From Escherichia phage vB_EcoM_Kelasse, in sequence record MW749001.1: a stretch of DNA of 64,000 nucleotides; one strand, 5' to 3'. Positions 57,581 through 64,000 of this stretch are shown here, piece after piece. The notes beneath the pieces are model-generated. The model was not told the origin of the DNA. It saw only the letters and a program-made list of their open reading frames with translations, and did not search any database. A program made the translations under genes and the position numbers. Positions within the stretch are counted from its first letter, which is position 1. The number at the start of each line of letters is the position of its first letter.

Positions 57581-58419
57581 TAGAATGCTCCTTGGAAAAT
57601 ATTATCACCACTAGTAGGTCTATTATACAAATACTCTATGCCACCAGGTTTAATATAGTTCCATGTCTGAAACGGATGTGTCTGATATGGATGATATAGA
57701 TGATTATAAGGATTAAATCCAGGAGTTCTCCAGGTAGTGTTCCAAGGAAAAGAATCGTTTTTGATCATCTTCTCAATTACATCTTTTATAAATTTTTCAC
57801 TATCAAAACTTTCTTTATTTTCCTTCGATGGAAAAAGCTTATTCTCTACATCATTCCATGTATAAACTCGCTGTGCAGTTTTTGGAATACTGTCACGCTC
57901 TCCTCGAGCCATCCAATAAACTGGAACATTTAATATTTCACTCGCATGATCGCAGTGGTGAGCGAGATCGTCAATATAACAAATTACGTTATATTTCTCT
58001 TTTGCCTTTTTGAACAACTCTTCTTTTGAAGAATCATGACCACACATCAATATTTCTGAGAAGGCACCAGGAAAAAGAGCATTCAAATTAAATTGACGAT
58101 TCAGCAAAGCATCAATAGAATCACCCAATGCTGTAACAGCTACAAAATTATAATCTTCTTTTAATTTGTTAATTACACACAGGGCATCTTTATATGGAGA
58201 CAAGTAACGAATAAAATCTGAACGATTGTATTTTTCAATTAACTTGACGCCAAGTTCTTCATCACAATTAAAGAGTTTACCAGGAGAAATAAATTTCTCA
58301 TCTTGGATCATTTTTAAAATATGTTCTAACGGAAGATTATATTTCTGAGCAAAATAAGGAAGGCCTGATTGCCAGCTTAAACATACTCCATCAATATCAG
58401 TCAAAATAGTAGGCTTCAT
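57580..58419 (-). CDS. HAD-superfamily hydrolase-like protein (279 aa), 30.2-like
   Basis: N-terminal DIDGV (HAD motif I) and a later YIDD motif; substrate cannot be inferred. Confidence 0.55.
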   Translation of the reverse strand: MKPTILTDIDGVCLSWQSGLPYFAQKYNLPLEHILKMIQDEKFISPGKLFNCDEELGVKLIEKYNRSDFIRYLSPYKDALCVINKLKEDYNFVAVTALGDSIDALLNRQFNLNALFPGAFSEILMCGHDSSKEELFKKAKEKYNVICYIDDLAHHCDHASEILNVPVYWMARGERDSIPKTAQRVYTWNDVENKLFPSKENKESFDSEKFIKDVIEKMIKNDSFPWNTTWRTPGFNPYNHLYHPYQTHPFQTWNYIKPGGIEYLYNRPTSGDNIFQGAF

Positions 58420-58880
58420 AGAGAGTCTCTTAATAGGTTTAACACATCAATAAATTCAGCTTCGGTTAGTATTGTATCATCTTTTGTTAGACCACTAGCC
58501 ATGCTGTGCTTCAAAACTTTTCCTTTTGAGGCTTGTAAGGCATCACGAAACCCCTTGTTTTGAATCGCTGCTTCAAAATATGCATTTGTATACAACTCTT
58601 TCCACGCTGGGGAGTATCTTGAAAATGGAACTCCCAGCCAGAAGAGGGTCCCACGGTCCTGAGCTCTTGCATAAGACCTTCCAGCTTGTTGGGCGGCAAG
58701 CCCGGATAACCCAAATATACGACGTTGTTGTTCAACATTTTTCACCTTGCACCCTTGGAGGAATCCTTCAAGACCTCCAAATTGAATACCATCCATAACG
58801 AAAGGCCATTTGGCGAAATTACTTAATGCACATGATGGCCACCTAAAATTGCTTCTAATCTCTAACTCAGACATTTTCAA
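58416..58880 (-). CDS. NADAR / YbiA-family (DUF1768-like) protein (154 aa), 30.3-like
   Basis: Motif LSNFAKWPFVMDGIQFGGLEGFLQGCK matches the conserved SNFA-WP core of YbiA/NADAR proteins. Confidence 0.6.
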   Translation of the reverse strand: MKMSELEIRSNFRWPSCALSNFAKWPFVMDGIQFGGLEGFLQGCKVKNVEQQRRIFGLSGLAAQQAGRSYARAQDRGTLFWLGVPFSRYSPAWKELYTNAYFEAAIQNKGFRDALQASKGKVLKHSMASGLTKDDTILTEAEFIDVLNLLRDSL

Positions 58881-59073
58881 TGCTTATAATTTCAACATCA
58901 GCCCAATGACCATAGCAAGGAAGACGAAATTCAACTGGCCAGTTAGGGTCCTTTTCTAATATAATAGACTTAACTTGTGGTTCTTCATGTTCATCTGTAT
59001 ACGGATTTTTATCTGTTACTTTATATGTGACCTTAATGTACTGAATTCCAAAAATCTTATTAATTATATTCAT
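58867..59073 (-). CDS. Hypothetical protein (68 aa)
   Basis: Complete ORF in the 30.x small-gene cluster. Confidence 0.45.
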   Translation of the reverse strand: MNIINKIFGIQYIKVTYKVTDKNPYTDEHEEPQVKSIILEKDPNWPVEFRLPCYGHWADVEIISIENV

Positions 59074-59267
59074 ACTAATTCCTTTAATCCATAGATAGGA
59101 GATAATTCATCACCCATACGAAGGTCTTCATTTCCATCTACCCAGGAAACAATATAAGCATCTTTTACTTGAACATCTCCCAATTTAAATGCAGGTAAAA
59201 CCTTAGAAATTAATCCAGGTATACCAACTCCCTTTAATTCAACAGTTTGACCTAAAAAGAATTTCAT
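59070..59267 (-). CDS. Hypothetical protein (65 aa)
   Basis: Complete ORF in the 30.x small-gene cluster. Confidence 0.45.
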   Translation of the reverse strand: MKFFLGQTVELKGVGIPGLISKVLPAFKLGDVQVKDAYIVSWVDGNEDLRMGDELSPIYGLKELV

Positions 59268-59554
59268 TAGAACCTCATCTGAAAACCATGCGATTTAACA
59301 TTACCGCCGCCAATATCAGAAATGTTAATTTCACGCGCAATTGAAGGGTCAATGTCAATTTCACGATTAAGTTTAGTGATAGCTAAAGTATCGCGGCCAT
59401 TTACAGTACGGAACTCTAAAGGGCAGACTACATTAACATAGTTTTTAATCGATTCACTAGTAGGCTGCAAATGAGCAGGAAGGTCTTTAGGTGCCTTAGA
59501 GAAAACCACTTCACAGAAATTTTTGCGGGTATCAAAATAAGTAGTCATAAACAT
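59267..59554 (-). CDS. Hypothetical protein (95 aa)
   Basis: Complete ORF in the 30.x small-gene cluster. Confidence 0.5.
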   Translation of the reverse strand: MFMTTYFDTRKNFCEVVFSKAPKDLPAHLQPTSESIKNYVNVVCPLEFRTVNGRDTLAITKLNREIDIDPSIAREINISDIGGGNVKSHGFQMRF

Positions 59555-59595
59555 AGTATTTTCCTCAGTAAGGGGCCGAAGCCCCTCATTTTATT

Positions 59596-59961
59596 TTAAA
59601 TATCAAATTCGTTAAGAACTACATCAAAGATTGCTTCCAGATGCTCAGGTTTAGCTCTGTTACTCAGAATATGACGAATCCAAGTTTTAACCAGAAGCTT
59701 GCGATTAACGCCATTCCAGCAAGGATGAGTCCCTAAATCGCGTTGACGGAAATCATCATCCAGAGCGATTTTAAAGTTGGAACCTTCCATTGTGATTGAA
59801 ACCGTAATGCCATTTTCAAATCGCATATAAACGTAGTTAGGAGTCATATACTGTTCAATTTCGCATACTGATCCATTTTGATGTTTCCAAAGGCAAATAG
59901 TATCAATAGAACCTGCAATACCATTAGAAACATATTTACGTTCAAAGTTGATGTAGTTCAT
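59596..59961 (-). CDS. Hypothetical protein (121 aa)
   Basis: Complete ORF; a GC hairpin (59571-59586) lies downstream. Confidence 0.5.
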   Translation of the reverse strand: MNYINFERKYVSNGIAGSIDTICLWKHQNGSVCEIEQYMTPNYVYMRFENGITVSITMEGSNFKIALDDDFRQRDLGTHPCWNGVNRKLLVKTWIRHILSNRAKPEHLEAIFDVVLNEFDI

Positions 59962-60029
59962 TTTTATTCTCCGAGATGTTTAATTGCGGTACAGGTATAT
60001 AATATCATATCCTGTACCAAAGTAAACAA

Positions 60030-60362
60030 TTATTTTACTACTTTCCAGTGCTGCATGTCAAGTTTACCGACTTTTTTCATCTTCTCAATTAAACGTTCGG
60101 CACGTTGGCGAGCTGTAACATAATACCATTCACCTAATTCATTTTGTTCAATTTTTCCAACGATTACTGTATTCAATTCATAAATCCAACCAGTAAAGAA
60201 ATTATGAACTTGAATTGTAAAGGTGAAATCTGTTCCCATACCTTCTGCTGTTTCTACTTCAATAATATCACCTTCAACTGCCATTAAAAACCACATAGTT
60301 TCATCATATTTACCATTGAAGCATTTAGTTTTAACTGCAGCGTTCAGATTAATCGTTTTCAT
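60030..60362 (-). CDS. Hypothetical protein (110 aa)
   Basis: Complete ORF with its own early-type promoter at 60390-60419. Confidence 0.5.
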   Translation of the reverse strand: MKTINLNAAVKTKCFNGKYDETMWFLMAVEGDIIEVETAEGMGTDFTFTIQVHNFFTGWIYELNTVIVGKIEQNELGEWYYVTARQRAERLIEKMKKVGKLDMQHWKVVK

Positions 60363-60389
60363 TTTATTCTCCTTTGTTTGTGTAAGATA

Positions 60390-60419
60390 ATACTATCACA
60401 AAGGAGCTATACTGTAAAC
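60390..60419 (-). promoter_or_regulatory. Early promoter GTTTAC-N18-TAGTAT
   Basis: Minus strand GTTTAC (plus 60414-60419), 18-nt spacer, TAGTAT (plus 60390-60395); same architecture as the promoters at 2928-2957 and 3228-3257. Confidence 0.5.
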
Positions 60420-60440
60420 AACTTTATGCAATCTTTGGAA

Positions 60441-60468
60441 AATAAAAAAGGACTCCCGAAGGAGTCCT
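60441..60468 (-). terminator. Rho-independent terminator after the small basic gene
   Basis: Minus strand AGGACTCC-TTCG-GGAGTCCT followed by TTTTTTATTTT. Confidence 0.65.
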
Positions 60469-60472
60469 CAAC

Positions 60473-60649
60473 TTATGCTTTCTGCTTACCAAAACGAGAA
60501 GCATCATCTCGAAGAACCGCACGTGCTCGGCGCATGATCTTCTCAACAGTTTGATTGATACGAGAGTTCGACCCACGCTTGTAGCCAGCGCGTTTAGAAT
60601 CACCAACTTTCTTTTCAACTGCTTTCTTTGCTTTAACCTGTTTTGCCAT
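60473..60649 (-). CDS. Small highly basic protein (about 58 aa), 30.9-like
   Basis: ORF extends to 60691, but the ATG giving MAKQVKAKKAVEKK is the likelier start; Lys/Arg-rich. Confidence 0.5.
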   Translation of the reverse strand: MAKQVKAKKAVEKKVGDSKRAGYKRGSNSRINQTVEKIMRRARAVLRDDASRFGKQKA

Positions 60650-60938
60650 TATAAATTCTCTTTTAAATGAAAATGCAGGACTTATTGGCATTGCCTGCGC
60701 AAGCCCTCAAGGGGAACATAGGTTTTTGGATATTTAACGACCAGGATAACCATAAACCCGTCATCATACCACCAAGACTTACACAGATAACACTTTTCTG
60801 ACGCATGATAGTAACATTCAAGAGGTACACCATAAAACTGCCGGGGTCTTAAAACTATAATGATTCGCAAATCATTAATCAGACAGTTCGATGGCTCCTC
60901 GATTTTAGCTCACACTAAGGCAGTGAATCTCCAATAAA

Positions 60939-61187
60939 TTACTTCAGTGTTACCACAAAGTGACGAACTGCTTTTCGTGCAGCAGAAGCCAAAGGCTTAG
61001 CATATTTAAGTTCATCTTTTTCCTGAAGCTCAGCAGCTAATGCAGTTTGAGCAGGATTCAGATGTTTGAAATAACGCAGGATTTCAAGAGCTTCGGCTTC
61101 AACATCAATAGATGCGCCATAGTTTTCGTGACCATTATTCCATGCGTTTCGTTGCAGTTCAAGAGCGTGTTGTAATTGTTTAATCAT
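60939..61187 (-). CDS. rIII: rIII lysis-inhibition accessory protein
   Basis: 82 aa starting MIKQLQHALELQRNAWNNGHENYG, between the 30.x cluster and gene 31 as in T4. Confidence 0.75.
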   Translation of the reverse strand: MIKQLQHALELQRNAWNNGHENYGASIDVEAEALEILRYFKHLNPAQTALAAELQEKDELKYAKPLASAARKAVRHFVVTLK

Positions 61188-61334
61188 TTAAAAATTCTCG
61201 TTAGAGATTAAAACTCGGTAGTTACGTTCTTCTGAATTTCATCTTCTTTCGACAGATCTCTCAGTTGTAGACTACCACATAGAATTGTTCGGTTAACTTA
61301 TTATTCCGACACCCAATTCATATTATTATTTATA

Positions 61335-61670
61335 TCACTTATAAAGACACGGAATAGCTTTATAATGACAGGTAACGAATTTTTGTTTAATTTCTTTTGG
61401 CTGCTTAAGACCCAGAGCTACAAAAGGATGCGGAACGTTTCGAATTTGACCAACTGGAAGAGAAGTCAAATCACCAACTTCACAAAAACCTTCAGGAACA
61501 TCAGGACCGACAGAGTGAATTACACACAGTTCAGGAACTTCACCTTGAACACGTTTACCGATAATAAGTCCTGATTCTGTAACTTCTTCATCACCGGCTT
61601 GTGCAGGTTCAGAAACTAAAATAACATATTCACCGACAGCACGAATTGGTAGCTGTTGTACTTCAGACAT
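61335..61670 (-). CDS. 31: gp31 co-chaperonin (GroES-like, required for gp23 folding)
   Basis: 111 aa starting [38 protein letters not shown]; matches T4 gp31 as I recall it. Confidence 0.9.
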   Translation of the reverse strand: MSEVQQLPIRAVGEYVILVSEPAQAGDEEVTESGLIIGKRVQGEVPELCVIHSVGPDVPEGFCEVGDLTSLPVGQIRNVPHPFVALGLKQPKEIKQKFVTCHYKAIPCLYK

Positions 61671-61700
61671 CGTTTTTCCTTTTTGCTAACAGATGAATTA

Positions 61701-61725
61701 ATAATAACAAATAATTCTTAAAGCA
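61701..61725 (-). promoter_or_regulatory. Middle (MotA-dependent) promoter for gene 31
   Basis: Minus strand ATGCTTTAA-N12-TATTAT; a 29-bp exact copy of the element at 2011-2039. Confidence 0.5.
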
Positions 61726-61726
61726 T

Positions 61727-62035
61727 TTATTTACCAATAAATTGAAGCAAATGCTCAACTTTCATACCATTAACAGAAATCAATTTGTCAATAGAAAAAC
61801 CTCGCCATGCACCAAGTTCAACATCAAATACTGGAATCATGTCAGTAGATTCTTTCCGAGTAGATTCAGTCAATTTACCGGTTTGCATGGTTGGCATAAA
61901 GTCTGCATCACGAGTACCTTTCATAGTACGAATAGTACCATCAGACTTTTCAAAAACTACGTTTGAAACACCCATGGACAATTTAGTTTTCAAAATTTCG
62001 CGAATTGCTACTTTCTGCTCAGTTGTCAGTTTCAT
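61727..62035 (-). CDS. Hypothetical protein (102 aa), 31.1-like
   Basis: Complete ORF upstream of gene 31. Confidence 0.5.
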   Translation of the reverse strand: MKLTTEQKVAIREILKTKLSMGVSNVVFEKSDGTIRTMKGTRDADFMPTMQTGKLTESTRKESTDMIPVFDVELGAWRGFSIDKLISVNGMKVEHLLQFIGK

Positions 62036-62272
62036 TTATTTACCTATCACAGTTTTAATATGAGTTGTTCCACGTTCTTTAAGGGTGGAAAGTAATTTTT
62101 GGCATTTTTCTAAATCAGATTTCCAACTATATGGTCTATCAATACTAGTCCAATCAGTTTTATAATACTGTTTCCATTTAGAGAAAAAATATTTCTTATA
62201 CTCTACAGCAAATGAGATGTTCTCGTTAGAATAAGAACTAATTGCTGTGAGCTTTACCAAACGAAATTTCAT
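62036..62272 (-). CDS. Hypothetical protein (78 aa), 31.2-like
   Basis: Complete ORF between cd and 31.1. Confidence 0.5.
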   Translation of the reverse strand: MKFRLVKLTAISSYSNENISFAVEYKKYFFSKWKQYYKTDWTSIDRPYSWKSDLEKCQKLLSTLKERGTTHIKTVIGK

Positions 62273-62853
62273 TATTCACCACAGAATTCGTTGATATTTT
62301 CCCAGTTTAACTTATTCAAGTTTTTCTTAGGAACATTAAACACTTCAATACCTGCATTTCGCAGAATATCATCCCAGCCAGGTTTATTTTTATCGTATGT
62401 TTCGCAATAAACCAGCTTTTTAATACCAGATTGAGCTATCGCTTTTGCACAATCTGGACAAGGAGAAAGTGTTACATACATAGTAGCACCTTCAATAGAA
62501 GAACCATTTCGTGCAGCAAACAAAATTGCATTTAGTTCAGCATGAATTTCATTTTTAGACGACCATTCAGAGTGAGCGCTACGGTGTTCTTTCGCCAAGA
62601 CAAAGCGATCAGTTGAACCAAATGATACGCATTCAGGCTTATAGCCTTGGATGATAGTATGTTTAGGTTTATTCAGCAACCAACCTTGCTCAGCGGCATA
62701 ATCACAACAGTTCACACCTCCTGCGGGTGAACCATTATACCCAGTAGAAATAATACGTCCATTCTTTTCAATTACTGCTCCTACCTTCCAGGAGCAACAT
62801 TTTGATTCTTGTGATACTAAATATGCAATTTGAAGTACTGTACTCGCTTTCAT
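62272..62853 (-). CDS. cd: dCMP deaminase
   Basis: 193 aa with zinc-binding cytidine/dCMP deaminase motifs HAELNAI and PCPDCA. Confidence 0.85.
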   Translation of the reverse strand: MKASTVLQIAYLVSQESKCCSWKVGAVIEKNGRIISTGYNGSPAGGVNCCDYAAEQGWLLNKPKHTIIQGYKPECVSFGSTDRFVLAKEHRSAHSEWSSKNEIHAELNAILFAARNGSSIEGATMYVTLSPCPDCAKAIAQSGIKKLVYCETYDKNKPGWDDILRNAGIEVFNVPKKNLNKLNWENINEFCGE

Positions 62854-63188
62854 TTCATAATCACCAGATAAGCAGATTTAGCAGTTTCAACACGATAAAT
62901 TTCGTGACGAAGTTTAGTTATACTTTTAATAACAGAACTAATTATATTCTGCCCATCTTTAAAGCGGTTTTTCTTATCAATAAAAATTGCGCCAACCATC
63001 TTTTTGTGAAGCTCAACTGGATACTTCGTCACAATAATAGCATCATATACGGAAGGATGAATACTATTCACCAGAGTGTCATTCATTAAAGTTATTCTAA
63101 TGAACTGAGCTGTTTCAGAGTCAAGCGCTCTATGATCGCCAGTATCATTTTCAAGACAATTATCAATTATATCAGTTAAATTCATCAT
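62850..63188 (-). CDS. Hypothetical protein (112 aa), cd.1-like
   Basis: Complete ORF overlapping the cd start. Confidence 0.5.
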   Translation of the reverse strand: MMNLTDIIDNCLENDTGDHRALDSETAQFIRITLMNDTLVNSIHPSVYDAIIVTKYPVELHKKMVGAIFIDKKNRFKDGQNIISSVIKSITKLRHEIYRVETAKSAYLVIMK

Positions 63189-63424
63189 AGTACGCCATAC
63201 ACCCTTTGTGCTTCAACTAATCCATCAAAATCCAATTTGAGATGTGTTATTTGATCACCATCACCTGGATTCACAATTACTAATACTGAACGAGGAGTTT
63301 CGGTAATAACACGAACCGATGTTTCAGGAAATCGTTCAGAAACCTTATTTACCAATTCCTGTGCAAATAGCTTAACTTTTTCTTGGAATTCTTTAACAGT
63401 AATCGGTTTTTCACTTAGCAGCAT
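63185..63424 (-). CDS. Hypothetical protein (79 aa)
   Basis: Complete ORF in the cd.x small-gene run. Confidence 0.5.
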   Translation of the reverse strand: MLLSEKPITVKEFQEKVKLFAQELVNKVSERFPETSVRVITETPRSVLVIVNPGDGDQITHLKLDFDGLVEAQRVYGVL

Positions 63425-63485
63425 TTTGTTTTCCTCATTTGTTTGGTAGAGCTATAATATCACAACTCTACCGTAAAGTAAACTA

Positions 63486-63791
63486 TTAAATTGCTTTGAA
63501 TTCTGCTGTCTGCGATTCAAAACGAATATCGCCTTTGATAACTAGCTCAGCATCAAGACCGAATACAACAATGATATGCGCGGAACCTGGATACAACGTA
63601 ATTGCAATAGAATCCACCTGGTCTGGAAGCAAAGTGTTCAATACATGAGTCACTTGAGCATGGATTCGAAGCTCGGCTGCGTTATCAAGCTTTTCAAACA
63701 TGTTATTAGCGATAATTTGGCTAAACACTACTTCTACGATTTTAGAGTAAGTCGGAAACATATTTACCTCACATAATTTTCTTCGAGCCAA
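63486..63791 (-). CDS. Hypothetical protein (101 aa)
   Basis: Complete ORF in the cd.x small-gene run. Confidence 0.5.
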   Translation of the reverse strand: MARRKLCEVNMFPTYSKIVEVVFSQIIANNMFEKLDNAAELRIHAQVTHVLNTLLPDQVDSIAITLYPGSAHIIVVFGLDAELVIKGDIRFESQTAEFKAI

Positions 63792-63964
63792 TCAATAACA
63801 TCCAAAGCGTTATCAAAAGTTGAACCATCTACTTTGTCTTCTGTTTCATAATCAAGAACATCTAAGCCTACTCTTCCATCAACAATAGGCCATAAACAAA
63901 ATAGATATTTCTTTTCTTTTTCAATTTTATCACAAAGTCGATAAATCTTTTCTATGTTATTCAT
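63764..63964 (-). CDS. Hypothetical protein (66 aa)
   Basis: Complete ORF with ATG at 63962-63964. Confidence 0.45.
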   Translation of the reverse strand: MNNIEKIYRLCDKIEKEKKYLFCLWPIVDGRVGLDVLDYETEDKVDGSTFDNALDVIDWLEENYVR

Positions 63965-64000
63965 AAGTTTTCCATGGTAAAGGCAGTTTAGTTTTCTTTA

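Noticed and set aside
59571-59586. GC hairpin AGGGGCCGAAGCCCCT followed by a T-run on the plus strand in a minus-strand gene block
   Set aside because: Orientation is wrong for a terminator of the flanking minus-strand genes; more likely an RNA stability or processing stem-loop, of which the genome has many, or a terminator for antisense read-through. Not distinctive enough to report.
60682-60870. 62-aa Cys/Trp-rich ORF between the small basic gene and rIII
   Set aside because: TTG start, no ribosome-binding site, overlaps the neighbouring gene in another frame. The interval is kept as a finding, but not as this protein.
61327-61334. TATAAATA on the minus strand just downstream of gene 31
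   Set aside because: It would be a late promoter for rIII but lies about 140 nt from the rIII ATG, further than the other late promoters here; plausible but not well enough supported to list as a feature.

Overview
This window is a T-even (T4-like) myovirus genome segment. Gene order, orientation and protein lengths follow the phage T4 map almost gene for gene; the T4 comparisons throughout are from memory, not from a search. Contents, left to right: a truncated internal-protein-like gene and a structured RNA region; an array of 11 tRNA genes on the minus strand (T4 has 8; His, Asn and Tyr are extra); an early-gene accessory block with capsid-targeted internal protein(s), small unknown genes and 57B (Acb1 anti-CBASS phosphodiesterase); then 57A, 1, 3, 2, 4 (minus) and the late module 53, 5, 5.1, 5.4, 6-12, wac, 13-18, 19, 20, 67, 68, 21-24 (plus); then rnlB, hoc, inh, uvsW, uvsY, 25, 26, 51, 27, 28, 29, 48, 54, two tandem alt-like ADP-ribosyltransferase genes, 30 (DNA ligase), the 30.x small-gene cluster, rIII, 31, cd and cd.x genes. 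Regulation is readable: TATAAATA late promoters, MotA-box middle promoters, GTTTAC-N18-TACTAT early promoters and GC-rich tetraloop hairpins. I did not find convincing evidence of a wholly new multi-gene system. The departures from the T4 layout worth a second look are the expanded tRNA set, a tRNA-like structured RNA, the early accessory cassette, an HNH endonuclease inserted between genes 18 and 19, a tandem domain duplication in hoc, the alt paralog pair, and a NADAR-like gene near the ligase. Functional calls rest on motifs read by eye and remembered T4 homology; no searches or folding were run.
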